64,000 nt of DNA from a virus. Both the position numbers and the translations under genes were made by a program. Positions 10,898 to 21,365 of this stretch are shown here, in pieces (the first letter of the stretch is position 1; each line of letters begins with the position of its first letter). Under the pieces are notes generated by a model. It saw nothing but the letters and a program-made list of their open reading frames with translations. It made no database searches and was not told where the DNA came from. The stretch is taken from the IMG/VR virus record IMGVR_UViG_3300029985_000036, positions 22,570 to 86,569 of that record, one strand, 5' to 3'.

Positions 10898-11182
10898 ATG
10901 TCAGATGATATCCGCCAAGAATTGGATGAACACAAGAAAAATCTTCTTGAATTGAGGAAGCAGATTGTTATTTATCGTGAACAAAAAAGTGGTGATCGTC
11001 AATATACATCTCAAGATGGTGTATTGGTTGTTGCTATTGATGGGTTACTAACAACCCTCGGTACAACAGATCCAACTAAGATTACACTTGAATCTATTGT
11101 CAAGTTAGATGATGACATTCAAGAAGTGGTTCGGTCATCAGAAGTATTTCTCCAGAGGCATGCCCCGAATCCTGTTGTGTAA
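10898..11182 (+). CDS. Hypothetical protein
   Basis: 94 aa, AGGAG RBS upstream. Confidence 0.7.
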   Translation: MSDDIRQELDEHKKNLLELRKQIVIYREQKSGDRQYTSQDGVLVVAIDGLLTTLGTTDPTKITLESIVKLDDDIQEVVRSSEVFLQRHAPNPVV

Positions 11183-11243
11183 TATTCTTCTTCCGGTGTC
11201 TAGGTTTAATATACTGGAAGAACTTACAGAAAGATAATCAATA

Positions 11244-12068
11244 ATGTCAGTTCTTCCAGAGGTCATGAACATAGAGATACTCTCTGATAAATTTGTTGGT
11301 AATTATTGTAGAGATATATTTTATCGTCCCTATTTACGTAAGCTTCGCTACTTATATTTTGGTCTTGAACACAGTAACGATTTCTTTGTGTTCAGTGATA
11401 CAGAAGACCTTAAATTTAAGTATTGTGAAGCACTCCAAACAACAGGTATTGTTAAAATAACCAATGATCTACATCTTAGAGCAATCAACAATTGGTTTGC
11501 ACGTCGTGGGATCGATCGTTCTGTTCCGATGTTGGTATATTTTGGCACTTTAATGACATTGTTAAGTAAAATATCCTGGGAATCTCCAGACATTAAAGTT
11601 AGACAAACCCCAGAAGGAGTTGTTCTATTTTCAGTAGGAGAAGAAATTGATGTTATGATTGCTAGACCCTGTGATACATATTTCACGTTAACCAAATTAC
11701 AAGCTTATGTAGACAAATATAATACCATATTTTTCAATCCTACTCAACCAAGTCATCGGATATCTGTACCAGAAACAACAACTCCCAACAAACTGCAGCG
11801 TTTGTCGGTATCGTGTCAAGAGCTTTATGACAACGGTTTTCTTGATAAAGATTGTTTTGATGTTAATCTTATGCTTCTTGCAGGACGAGATGTATTGTTA
11901 ATCAAATCGCTATTACAAAAAAATACATCATACTCAAGTGGAATTCGTATCTGGTCAGATACCAGTCAACGATGTTTAAATTATGGCGGATACTATACGG
12001 ATGCGAATGTTTCACTATGTGGTATTCGCGATAATGTTTTCCTTTTTCCCAGAATCAAACCGGAGTAA
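11244..12068 (+). CDS. Hypothetical protein
   Basis: 274 aa ORF in operon with next gene. Confidence 0.7.
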   Translation: MSVLPEVMNIEILSDKFVGNYCRDIFYRPYLRKLRYLYFGLEHSNDFFVFSDTEDLKFKYCEALQTTGIVKITNDLHLRAINNWFARRGIDRSVPMLVYFGTLMTLLSKISWESPDIKVRQTPEGVVLFSVGEEIDVMIARPCDTYFTLTKLQAYVDKYNTIFFNPTQPSHRISVPETTTPNKLQRLSVSCQELYDNGFLDKDCFDVNLMLLAGRDVLLIKSLLQKNTSYSSGIRIWSDTSQRCLNYGGYYTDANVSLCGIRDNVFLFPRIKPE

Positions 12069-12073
12069 AATAT

Positions 12074-13516
12074 ATGTCAATCGATGATGATAATGAAGTT
12101 GTCCCAGTTGAAGATACAATTGTTCCACCAGAAGTGACTATCGTTCCAGTAGAAGATGAAGATTCGGAAGTAACTGAAGAGACGTCTGAAGAAGTAACAC
12201 CGGCACCTGTTATTGCCAAGATTCGTTTATTTCTAGAATCCCTAGACACCGAAGAATTATCTGCTTTGGTAGAGGCACGCCGTCGTCGTCTAGGAGATGA
12301 TGCTTTTATTGTTTCCGCAACATCTCCGGGTAATTATGACTATTTATTGTCTGAACTCAGTGGTGCTCATAGCATCGAAGCAGATCGGTCACGTGCTTCT
12401 ATTTCTTCTATCAAAGACTCTTCTTTGTTCAATACCAAATTGGTTCGGGGCGGAAAGACCATTCTTGGTACCATGAAGCCACATCGTGCGGCTGGAAATG
12501 GTGCGATGTTGACAGGTGCCGACGCATTGGCAGCACTTGCAATTCGTGATAAATGGATGAAACGTGTTCCACTTTATAACAGTGGATTTTCTGTTGATAT
12601 CATTGCACCAACATTGTCTGCGTTGAATACTTTCTTTAATAAAGCCCATGATGTTACCAATTCGTATGGTCGACAGTTTGGTGGATTGTTCTTCTATTTC
12701 CACGACTTGATGATTAAAGAAGCCATTGTAGAATTGGTACTTCCATTGATCATCAATTCTACTCTACGCAATGCAAAACGTGGTGACACCCTAGTTCGCA
12801 ATATCAAACTTGTTGATCTCAAACTGATTCTGAATGCCATTGGCGCATTGATGTTTCCTGATGGTTTTAATTTTACGCATGTATGTTCGAACCCAGATGG
12901 TTCCTGTACCCATCATGAAGAGGTGTTGATTGACATCAACAAACTTGCACGATATGATTTTAGCAAGTTGACTGATGACTGTATTCATCACATGACTCGT
13001 CTGACAGATATTACACCAACCCAATTGAACATCTATCAGGCACAGTTGGGCTTCAATGAAGTTGAGATTCGATACAAGCAGTATGGGTTCACCATGCAAA
13101 TGCCAAGTCTGAATGACTATTTAGACTACGGTCGTAGCTACAATAGTGAACTTCTTAGTAATGTATTTGTTTCAAATCCAGATGCTGTTGTTCGGGCTGT
13201 TATGTTCTCGTATTATCAGATCTATACTCCCTTTATAGCAAAACTTACCTTGTATAATGAGGATGATTCTGTTGATTTTTGGACACTAGACAAAGATACT
13301 ATCACTCATATGCTCCTGCGTCTCCAATCAGAAGACACAGAAGGCACATTGATCAAAAACTTCGATGACTTCATTGCCAATTCTGAAATCGGTCGTATCT
13401 GTTATCCTGCAGTTGCATGTCCTGCTTGTAACTATGTACCAGGGAGTGGCTATTATACAGTCGATCCGACCTTGGCTTTTTTTATTCAATCGCTAATGAA
13501 ATTAGACCAGACCTGA
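12074..13516 (+). CDS. Putative tail/baseplate-hub assembly chaperone (gpG-like, Zn-binding Cys pairs)
   Basis: 480 aa, GGAG RBS, HVCSNPDGSC and CPAC motifs, ends just after a T TTT TTT slippery site. Confidence 0.55.
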   Translation: MSIDDDNEVVPVEDTIVPPEVTIVPVEDEDSEVTEETSEEVTPAPVIAKIRLFLESLDTEELSALVEARRRRLGDDAFIVSATSPGNYDYLLSELSGAHSIEADRSRASISSIKDSSLFNTKLVRGGKTILGTMKPHRAAGNGAMLTGADALAALAIRDKWMKRVPLYNSGFSVDIIAPTLSALNTFFNKAHDVTNSYGRQFGGLFFYFHDLMIKEAIVELVLPLIINSTLRNAKRGDTLVRNIKLVDLKLILNAIGALMFPDGFNFTHVCSNPDGSCTHHEEVLIDINKLARYDFSKLTDDCIHHMTRLTDITPTQLNIYQAQLGFNEVEIRYKQYGFTMQMPSLNDYLDYGRSYNSELLSNVFVSNPDAVVRAVMFSYYQIYTPFIAKLTLYNEDDSVDFWTLDKDTITHMLLRLQSEDTEGTLIKNFDDFIANSEIGRICYPAVACPACNYVPGSGYYTVDPTLAFFIQSLMKLDQT

Positions 13517-13878
13517 TTTCAGATGTAAAATATCAAGACTATATCACACGGCTACGATATATTCAAGATACCGTTTTATCTGGAGTTAAAAATGGTATCG
13601 ATCGGTTCTCTGCAATCATTGCTTTCAATGAATCATTTTATCAACTGCGCACAACTGCACCTTCAATGTTAAATGATGTTGCATATGTTTCAAGAACTGG
13701 ATATCACAATACCATTTGTGAAATTGATCCACTTGCAAAACTAGTTGCACAATATCTCGTTACCACAGATTGGGTAGAACGATATGGTCTTTCCTATGAG
13801 GCCACTCTGCAGTTAACTTATGCAGAGTGGATTCGTATGCAAAATGCTCTCAATTCTCGATCAACCGTACCAAGTTAA
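13477..13878 (+). CDS. -1 frameshift extension of preceding gene (gpGT-like C-terminus)
   Basis: -1 frame open 13432-13878 with no ATG until 13666; ends ...VERYGLSYEATLQLTYAEWIRMQ... Confidence 0.55.
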   Translation, partial: FFYSIANEIRPDLISDVKYQDYITRLRYIQDTVLSGVKNGIDRFSAIIAFNESFYQLRTTAPSMLNDVAYVSRTGYHNTICEIDPLAKLVAQYLVTTDWVERYGLSYEATLQLTYAEWIRMQNALNSRSTVPS

Positions 13879-13907
13879 ATCTTATTAAAAGTATAGGGAT
13901 AAAATAT

Positions 13908-15788
13908 ATGCTCGACGGCCAACAAACGATTACTGGAAATCACAACGTTACCAACACCTTGAGTGGTACAGAGTTCTACACTCACGTGATTTCAACATGT
14001 CAACAGATTTATGATGTGTTGGTAGCACATTGTGGTCCCCATGCGACAGATGCACTTATCATTCAACCGAATGATGGACGAAATCTCAAAGATCCAATCT
14101 ATGCCATCTTCACCAAAGATGGCATTAACATTGTTCGATCTATCGAATTTGTAAGTCCCATTCAAAAACACATCCAAAACTTGGTTGCTTATGTTGGTAG
14201 TCGCGTTGATGCAAAAAGTCATGACGGCACAACAACTGCTATGTTGTTCTTTACCTCGTTGGTTATGGAGTATTACACCAACATTAACGATTGTTTGGTA
14301 GCAGGACAATTACCAGACTATCGGCTGATGAAAAAAGAGTTACATACCACCTTTCAGTTGCTGATTGATGGGTTAGAAGAGGCAGTTGTCACTGTTGATA
14401 GTTTTGCTAAAGACAAACAGCTTACACGAAAAGAAGCTGTTCGTTATGTCGCATATCATCAAGCCATGCTGTCTAGCAAAGGTGATACCGAACTATCTGA
14501 TGCTATTGTAGAGGTGGTTGAAACTCTACCTGTCGAGTTGTATGGATTGTTTTCTGTTTCTCAATCAAAGATTGAAACGGATCATCGATTCACAGTAACT
14601 CATGATGATTTTGATTTCACGATGAATGTCATCAGCAATCTTGATGATATGAATCATCGAATGGGAACTGAGTATCTGGCCGAGTCGTGTGATCTGATTG
14701 TCTCTGAAGATGATCTGGTCCGTGGCAACCCAGCACTTACGTTGATCGAAGATCATCTTACAAATGCACATGCAGGAAATCGTACTTGTGATTTAGTTAT
14801 TGTCACTAAATCCATGGATGCAACTCTCATCGGTATGATTTCAACGTATAATCGTAGCAACAAATACAAAATCATTGTATTTCCTTTCAGCACACACAAA
14901 CCCTATAGTAGTCGTGTTACTTTGTTAAGTGCCGTTGCTGCAGTAGCAAGTGTCTCTTCCTTGGTAGAACACGTCATTGATCCAACCCTTCCCTACCTCA
15001 TTCAGAATGCCAAAGTGCATTATCACAATCGTCGATTGTTCCTAAGCAATCTCTATCAGAAAGATGGTTCTCCTTATCATCCCTCATTTCAGGATAAACA
15101 TCGTTTTCTACCATATACCCTAATGGTAGCAGATATTCGAACTGAACTTGAAGGATTCACATCTGGTCGTCGTCGTATTGAAACTGCGGCCGATAGTGCC
15201 ATGTATGAAGACTATGTTGACATCTATCGTCGAATGATTAGTTCGGATATTCGCAATCTTCAGATTTCTGGAATGCGTCATGATACCCTTGCAGATCATG
15301 ATGTTCTGCAAGATGCATTTGGTGCTGTGTTATCTTCGCTTGAACATGGTTTTGTATTCGATGGATATCTCAAACTTCAGATTGCACTCGATCTAGAAGG
15401 GATTAGTAGTGATTCCGAGATGATCGTTAGTCGAACTGTTTGGAATGTTTTGAAAACTGTGCATAAGCGGGATGCACAAACCATAATTAAAATTGGACTT
15501 CAGCCAGTCCAGGAGCTTTCACAATTTGCTGACCGAATGGATATGGTTGCTTATCAAGTCAAAGCTAATCATAACTCATATCTTTACTATCCAGTGGATA
15601 GTGATCCTACTAAGCGACTTGATGAAACACAACCAGTTGGTAATGGGTTGATTCCAGAAGTAACGCCTGTTCTTCAACCAGCCGATAGCTATCGTGAATT
15701 GTTCAAGCGCGTAGAAGATCTACTGCCAAAGTTGATCAACACAAGCCGTGCTATTATTCCGAATACGGTTAATGCAACAACGACCTGA
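13908..15788 (+). CDS. groEL: GroEL/Cpn60-like phage chaperonin
   Basis: HCGP, FTKDGINIVRSI, HDGTTTA and QDAFGAVLSSLEHG motifs; start refined to 13908. Confidence 0.8.
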   Translation: MLDGQQTITGNHNVTNTLSGTEFYTHVISTCQQIYDVLVAHCGPHATDALIIQPNDGRNLKDPIYAIFTKDGINIVRSIEFVSPIQKHIQNLVAYVGSRVDAKSHDGTTTAMLFFTSLVMEYYTNINDCLVAGQLPDYRLMKKELHTTFQLLIDGLEEAVVTVDSFAKDKQLTRKEAVRYVAYHQAMLSSKGDTELSDAIVEVVETLPVELYGLFSVSQSKIETDHRFTVTHDDFDFTMNVISNLDDMNHRMGTEYLAESCDLIVSEDDLVRGNPALTLIEDHLTNAHAGNRTCDLVIVTKSMDATLIGMISTYNRSNKYKIIVFPFSTHKPYSSRVTLLSAVAAVASVSSLVEHVIDPTLPYLIQNAKVHYHNRRLFLSNLYQKDGSPYHPSFQDKHRFLPYTLMVADIRTELEGFTSGRRRIETAADSAMYEDYVDIYRRMISSDIRNLQISGMRHDTLADHDVLQDAFGAVLSSLEHGFVFDGYLKLQIALDLEGISSDSEMIVSRTVWNVLKTVHKRDAQTIIKIGLQPVQELSQFADRMDMVAYQVKANHNSYLYYPVDSDPTKRLDETQPVGNGLIPEVTPVLQPADSYRELFKRVEDLLPKLINTSRAIIPNTVNATTT

Positions 15789-15821
15789 TTGTGATACTAT
15801 GAGTTTTATGAGGAGTAGGTT

Positions 15822-16283
15822 ATGAGTGGTTCGACATTATTGGTAAATCAAGCTGTCATCGGAGAGACAGTTACATTTACGTCTAAAAATCCAGTCGATC
15901 CGACTGTGTATAAAGGCATTATCACAGGTATCATTACACCTGCTCTTGCCACCACCTTCGGTTTCGATTCTGTTTCTTACAATGCTGGAGTACAGCGAGC
16001 GGATCCTACCGTAGGTTCTATTTCTGTACTCAACTATTTTGTTATTACACTCACCAACAACCAGCCTGCTCCAGCTAATCGTTTGTTTGCAAATGAATGG
16101 ATCGCAGCTGGTTCTTTCTCAGTCATCCAGAGCGCCACTGTTTACAATATCAATGTGTATGATATTCCAGCAACTGGTCTCAATGCGATTATAACTGTTC
16201 TTCGTTCCGCTGGATTTAATGCGGTTCCTGTAACCGCCCCATCGGGAGCAGCCTTGAGTCAGGGTTCTACCACTACTCCGTAA
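15822..16283 (+). CDS. Probable virion structural protein
   Basis: 153 aa, GAGGAG RBS, preceded by TATGA late-type element. Confidence 0.65.
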   Translation: MSGSTLLVNQAVIGETVTFTSKNPVDPTVYKGIITGIITPALATTFGFDSVSYNAGVQRADPTVGSISVLNYFVITLTNNQPAPANRLFANEWIAAGSFSVIQSATVYNINVYDIPATGLNAIITVLRSAGFNAVPVTAPSGAALSQGSTTTP

Positions 16284-16378
16284 CATGGCACAGTGCATTT
16301 ATATCACCACAAACAACAACCGGTAATAAGCTGTTGTGGTTGATATATTTGTGTTGTTAATAAAAAAAGAAGAAGAAG

Positions 16379-16414
16379 AAGAGTAGGATGTGGCATATGC
16401 CACATCCTACTCTT
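16379..16414. terminator. Perfect 36-bp palindrome, bidirectional terminator
   Basis: AAGAGTAGGATGTGGCAT|ATGCCACATCCTACTCTT between convergent genes. Confidence 0.7.
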
Positions 16415-16418
16415 TCTC

Positions 16419-16772
16419 TCATTGTACTGAACGACCGGTCCATCCCTCGATCTTCATTGCTTCAGCCACATGTGGATCGAGAGTTGCATATGGTGCGCAA
16501 CAATACCAATCGAAGTAATCCCCACGCCCAATAATCGCGGCAATCAAATCCCCAGCAGAACGAAAGCTATAACCCGCAGTATCACCGTTGGTGTGTGTCC
16601 ACTCCATATTGGCGAGAGATCCCCACACGGCTTTGCAGAGATCATCATCATTCAGCATGTGCTCACCAAGAGCGCGATTGACAGCGACTTCAAACGTATC
16701 CTGTAGATCTAAAGCTCGACCTCCAGGAACACCACCAACACCACCAAAGCTCTTTGGTACATAATCTGACAT
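16419..16772 (-). CDS. Hypothetical protein
   Basis: ORF with AAGGA RBS before MSDYVP; contains YSFRSAGDLIAAI...YFDWYC. Confidence 0.7.
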   Translation of the reverse strand: MSDYVPKSFGGVGGVPGGRALDLQDTFEVAVNRALGEHMLNDDDLCKAVWGSLANMEWTHTNGDTAGYSFRSAGDLIAAIIGRGDYFDWYCCAPYATLDPHVAEAMKIEGWTGRSVQ

Positions 16773-16879
16773 ATTCAACGTCCTTCTGTTTAGAGACAAC
16801 CAAACGTGGGTTTACATTCCCAGTAGAATCGCGATCAACATAATTACCTCCTAAAATACCGGTATCCTAAAAGTCGATA

Positions 16880-17386
16880 TTAGCCTTGAATGACTACAGT
16901 TTCAAGTGCCAACCTAATACGTTTGCCGAATCTTGGTGTTTTACAAACATTGGCAACCTCACCAAAGGATTCCCAGAAACGAGGAGCCACTTCTTTGATC
17001 AGAATGTCATATTCAATGTCTTCAGCTACCGGTTTATTCAAGACGGCATATTGGGCGGTTACCATGGCTCCCATATGCCGAATGGTAATAACACCAGACC
17101 CATTATCAAAACGATCCATAACTGTTACAATTTCAGATGGATCAATTTCACCGTGTTCATGTAGAAGAAATTTCTGTTGTGCCTCATTCAGATTCGATTC
17201 GAGCTCCAGTGTATATACAACTGGTGCATAGATCGAACTGAATACCGGAGGTTCCACTGGAAGTTCTTCTGCTTCCTTTTTGATCGAAGCTGATTTTGTT
17301 TTTGAAGAACAGGAAGCAACAATTCCGATTCCACCAAGAACCAGCAGAGCAGTAGCAGAGATTCCAGCAACGAGTAGTTTTGACAT
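16880..17386 (-). CDS. Membrane-anchored / possible lipoprotein
   Basis: Hydrophobic N-terminus ending IVASC; AAAGG RBS. Confidence 0.7.
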   Translation of the reverse strand: MSKLLVAGISATALLVLGGIGIVASCSSKTKSASIKKEAEELPVEPPVFSSIYAPVVYTLELESNLNEAQQKFLLHEHGEIDPSEIVTVMDRFDNGSGVITIRHMGAMVTAQYAVLNKPVAEDIEYDILIKEVAPRFWESFGEVANVCKTPRFGKRIRLALETVVIQG

Positions 17387-17428
17387 GATGCACCTTTTGT
17401 GTTGAGTTTGGGTATAGCAGAAAGATCA

Positions 17429-17614
17429 TTACGCCATTGGGTATCGAGTGGATCTCCATACTGTCTTATTACAAATATCACCAAGATGCCATAATTGCAT
17501 ATCGGTGATATCATCACAAGAAGATTTGTGAATCTGAGGATATAGTTCATCCTCAAGAATCTGCACTGGGGAATACAGAAGGGGAGGATTATTGATCGGA
17601 ATCTCAATGGGCAT
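17429..17614 (-). CDS. Small hypothetical protein
   Basis: 61 aa, AAGGAG RBS, first gene after promoter. Confidence 0.55.
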   Translation of the reverse strand: MPIEIPINNPPLLYSPVQILEDELYPQIHKSSCDDITDMQLWHLGDICNKTVWRSTRYPMA

Positions 17615-17650
17615 GAGAAAACTCCTTTGAGTAAATACAGAGTTGTATTA

Positions 17651-17686
17651 CTTCAAATAAGTAATATATATTTCAATGAGAATGAA
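17651..17686 (-). promoter_or_regulatory. Phage early promoter
   Basis: Minus strand TTCATTCTCATTGAAATATATATTACTTATTTGAAG. Confidence 0.75.
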
Positions 17687-17692
17687 CTCCAG

Positions 17693-17724
17693 GTAGAACA
17701 GGATCCTAATGGATCCTGTTCTAC
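17693..17724 (-). terminator. Hairpin terminator
   Basis: GTAGAACAGGATCC-TAAT-GGATCCTGTTCTAC. Confidence 0.7.
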
Positions 17725-17734
17725 TTATGGGATC

Positions 17735-19228
17735 TCAGAGATTTTTAAGTCGAGCGGCATGGTAGAACAGTGGGTTCTTAATTAGGTTATTAGATAGTTG
17801 TTGTAAGATGTCATAATCTGAAGAAAGGGAGGCTGTGCGCAGTCCATCGAGAACCGATCCTCGAGACAATATACGCATGATTGTTCCCCAGAATAGCTGG
17901 CGTATTTTAAATCCATTTGTCTTTTTTATGTCACTGATAGTTTTTAAAAGATCTTTTGTATCATTGACAAAATATACTCGAAGTTCATCACTCAAGGAAT
18001 CATCTTTGAAAACAACCATATTGTTATGAAGAATATGTTCGAGGCGTAGTAATATTGGATCATATACATTGTTGTTAATGTAGAAAAGCATGCCAAATGT
18101 AGATATAAGGAATCCAAGTGATCCAAGAATAACTTTAATTGTAGTATGGGCATTAATCGCATCTGTTATAACAGACCGTGCTGCACCAATTGTATCTAAT
18201 TTTTTTAAAGCAGAGGCTAAAGCTGCACCAAGACCATGTCTAGAAACAAACTCATCTGCAATACGTTCATTATAACCAGCATTGGATTCTGTTATTACGA
18301 GATCTGAAGACTTATGAGAACTGCTATTAATAGTTCCAAATCGACCAGCTTCCATCAATCGGGAAACAAATGCTGAGGCCAATGATCCTAAAAAGTTTAA
18401 GGCAATACTAAATATAACTGGATTCAGACTCTTATTTTGTGCAGGAGTATTTTTTATATCAACAATGATCGTATCGAATGCTTTAGACCATTCGGTATTT
18501 GGGTGTTGTTTGACTGCAGTTTCTAATGTTGAAAGAGTAGTTATAGCTGTGGTATCATCAGCATTTTCACTAAGATATCGAATACTATTACCTGCTATAT
18601 CTGCTCGATGATATACATCAGCCATGTGTTCATATATACTAATAGCATGACCACATTCATGTAGAATGACAGCAGCATGTTCTTCTGCTGTCCATGGAAC
18701 AATAGTAATATTAGTTTCGTTTCCAAGATACGTGCATACAAATAAATGTAATTGCATCAAATAGTTTGATGGTTTTGCAGTAAATGCACCTTTAGTTAAA
18801 TCGATTGTTGTATCGAGAGAATCAAATAATGTTGGATTAAATTCTGTATTGCTATACGAAGAAGTTCCAGAAAAGAAATCTTGTCCGATTTCTGATTCCA
18901 TCCAATCTGCATTTTTAAACATAGGAACCATCATACAATTAAATATCCTGGCATCATGGCACATCACCATAGTGTTCATATTTAATTCTGTGGTTAAAAG
19001 TTGTTGTACTTTTGGACCAAATACATCATTGCCATATTTTTTGGCTGCTTTTAATCGTGCACTCGTTGCAATTGGAATCTTACCATCTGGTAATATAATT
19101 CTTGTTGTTTCTATCCAAGTAAGAAATTCATTACAAATGCTCACTAATTTCTTAGCAAGTGAACTTTCTGTCTGAAAAGCAATTCGTTCAAAAGAAGCAA
19201 TGGATTCAAACATAACACCAATCCCCAA
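17735..19228 (-). CDS. Virion head protein with zincin HExxH motif
   Basis: VILHECGH...ERIADEFVSRHGLG; N-terminal SFE/RIAFQ resembles processed phiKZ-type head proteins. Confidence 0.65.
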   Translation of the reverse strand: MGIGVMFESIASFERIAFQTESSLAKKLVSICNEFLTWIETTRIILPDGKIPIATSARLKAAKKYGNDVFGPKVQQLLTTELNMNTMVMCHDARIFNCMMVPMFKNADWMESEIGQDFFSGTSSYSNTEFNPTLFDSLDTTIDLTKGAFTAKPSNYLMQLHLFVCTYLGNETNITIVPWTAEEHAAVILHECGHAISIYEHMADVYHRADIAGNSIRYLSENADDTTAITTLSTLETAVKQHPNTEWSKAFDTIIVDIKNTPAQNKSLNPVIFSIALNFLGSLASAFVSRLMEAGRFGTINSSSHKSSDLVITESNAGYNERIADEFVSRHGLGAALASALKKLDTIGAARSVITDAINAHTTIKVILGSLGFLISTFGMLFYINNNVYDPILLRLEHILHNNMVVFKDDSLSDELRVYFVNDTKDLLKTISDIKKTNGFKIRQLFWGTIMRILSRGSVLDGLRTASLSSDYDILQQLSNNLIKNPLFYHAARLKNL

Positions 19229-19303
19229 AACCTACTATGTTGTATGCGACGGTCGGCTATAATAAGACCACTGCATACAACACAGTGGGGAAACTTATCA
19301 AAT

Positions 19304-19705
19304 TCAACTATGGGCCATTGGCTTGTGGCGAGAAGCAGCTGTTCTAAGAGGAAGTTGTGGCATAATCTGACGAATACGATCCGTTGCATATGCAACCATA
19401 CGTGCAGTATGACGATAGAGTAGTATTCCAACTGTAAGGTAAAGTAATTGTGCTATAATGGTAGTAAACATATCCCAGGATACCGGAACTGTAGGTATGC
19501 TTGTATAAAAGTTATACACAAGTAATATCACAGAAATCAAAATGGTTACATACGGAGACTGAATCTCTACATCATACCAAGCAACGGTTCGTTTGACCCG
19601 TTGAAGATAATGAATATTATCAGCAATTATGCAAGTAAAGAGTGCCAGTGTAACGAGCATCAATCCTACATTTGTCATTGAAATAATTACTGCGAGCATA
19701 CTCAT
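19304..19705 (-). CDS. Multi-pass membrane protein (possible holin)
   Basis: 133 aa with three hydrophobic segments. Confidence 0.55.
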   Translation of the reverse strand: MSMLAVIISMTNVGLMLVTLALFTCIIADNIHYLQRVKRTVAWYDVEIQSPYVTILISVILLVYNFYTSIPTVPVSWDMFTTIIAQLLYLTVGILLYRHTARMVAYATDRIRQIMPQLPLRTAASRHKPMAHS

Positions 19706-20088
19706 TATTCCTTACAATCGGTTAGTGTTCCCAAGGATATCGTATCTGTTTGTAGCCCATCTAAAGCAGCAAGTCGCTGTTGTAGATGCTCGATAATGTG
19801 GTGTAAGGCATCTATCGTTTGCTGTAATTCTATATTGTTTACAGTAAGAATATTCTTCTCATTGACATGAACATTAACTGTTTCATGTGCAAGGTCTTTA
19901 AGCCGATTGGCTTCAGCAAGATCTTCAGTAAGTCGGATAATATAATCATTCTTCTGTAATTCCCGACGATCGTCGCGTTGGTCTGCAATAAACCGTCGAT
20001 AATAGGAATATACAAAACCGATCACAACAGCAGCATACCGAATAACGTCGAGATGTTGCTGTACCCACTGAATGAGAAGGGCTTCCAT
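19705..20088 (-). CDS. TM plus coiled-coil protein
   Basis: N-terminal TM, heptad-rich C-terminus, AGGAG RBS. Confidence 0.65.
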   Translation of the reverse strand: MEALLIQWVQQHLDVIRYAAVVIGFVYSYYRRFIADQRDDRRELQKNDYIIRLTEDLAEANRLKDLAHETVNVHVNEKNILTVNNIELQQTIDALHHIIEHLQQRLAALDGLQTDTISLGTLTDCKE

Positions 20089-20143
20089 TCATTCATACTC
20101 CTATCCTTATGTCATATTAAACCCTCGGTATCATAATAACAAG

Positions 20144-20184
20144 CATCAGATAGAACACGTCATAGCAACGTGTTCTATCTGATG
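20144..20184 (-). terminator. Hairpin terminator
   Basis: CATCAGATAGAACACGT...ACGTGTTCTATCTGATG. Confidence 0.7.
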
Positions 20185-20210
20185 GCCTTAAATATCAAGT
20201 AACAAGAAGA

Positions 20211-21365
20211 TCAAGCAGCTTCTGGTTCTGGACCAGTTGAATCTCCACCGATGCATCCCATAACAGTCAATGTATTATGAACTGCATTGAGAGACATGTT
20301 CAAAGCAGCCGACATACAACAGAGGTTCGAGGATACTTGACAATGGACCATATCGGCCTGTGTCGTCATACCACAAGAAAGTGCTTCTTCAGCATCGACC
20401 ACATCGTCAGCAATCGCATCATCAATTGCTGGTGGAACATCGTTGTCGATTGATGTGACAAAAATAGCGGCATCCCGCAACTTAGAAACGATATCGTCCT
20501 TGCGAGCGAGCAAGTCCTTGACAGCTCCGATAAGAGATTTGGTAGTTTCCAACAGATCTCCAAGATTCTCACTGGTATAACCATGACCAGTAAGAGAATT
20601 CTCTGTTGGTTCCATCTGAGATGGAACATCACTCAACTGAAGCTGATGTGGATTGGTCGGATTGATGAACAATCCAGTGTGGTTACCAAGTTGCTCGACG
20701 ATTGCTTCCAACTTCTCTTTGTAAACATCCATCGCATCCCGATCGGTCGGATCAGAAACAACAATGTCAATTTCTGGCAATGCTGCAATCAATGCTTCAA
20801 TGCAGTTGTTGACATCAGAATAATGTACTGCTTCTGCAGATCCTGCCAACACAGAATCATCTGTGAATCCGTTGGAGAACACAGCAAGATAATGCCCAAC
20901 TTCAGCATCGAGATCTTCAATCTGTTCAGAGGTGGTATCAAACAGAGTGTCAACCGTATCTGCACTACTGTTGATCCAATTTCCAATCACACCAGGTTCC
21001 GTATCCAGAGCCTCATCAAGGCCACCGAGTGCATTCTGGGTCCGGGGATCTGTCTGTCCTGTCGCAATCATATCGAGAGTTTCGGTGCTTGGAAGATTTG
21101 AGATAATATTGCTGATCCGATTTTTCGGATTAACAAATTCCATCAACGCACGATTGATCCCAAATGCCCGAACAACAGCTCGAAATTGTCGCATGTCGGT
21201 GTAATCATGAATACGATGATTCATGGATTCAATACCAACAGTAAGTGCCGTTGCTATTTTGGTATAACGTACACCAGCCAGAAGCTTCTGTCGTGCACCT
21301 TGAATCTGCATGATGTCATCCCGTGGCTGGGGGATGGTAGTGATGAGTGAAAGACCGTTAAACAT
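20211..21365 (-). CDS. Probable internal head protein
   Basis: Start refined to MFNGL with AAGGAG RBS; acidic; G-I-E site fits S/A/G-x-E prohead protease consensus. Confidence 0.6.
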   Translation of the reverse strand: MFNGLSLITTIPQPRDDIMQIQGARQKLLAGVRYTKIATALTVGIESMNHRIHDYTDMRQFRAVVRAFGINRALMEFVNPKNRISNIISNLPSTETLDMIATGQTDPRTQNALGGLDEALDTEPGVIGNWINSSADTVDTLFDTTSEQIEDLDAEVGHYLAVFSNGFTDDSVLAGSAEAVHYSDVNNCIEALIAALPEIDIVVSDPTDRDAMDVYKEKLEAIVEQLGNHTGLFINPTNPHQLQLSDVPSQMEPTENSLTGHGYTSENLGDLLETTKSLIGAVKDLLARKDDIVSKLRDAAIFVTSIDNDVPPAIDDAIADDVVDAEEALSCGMTTQADMVHCQVSSNLCCMSAALNMSLNAVHNTLTVMGCIGGDSTGPEPEAA

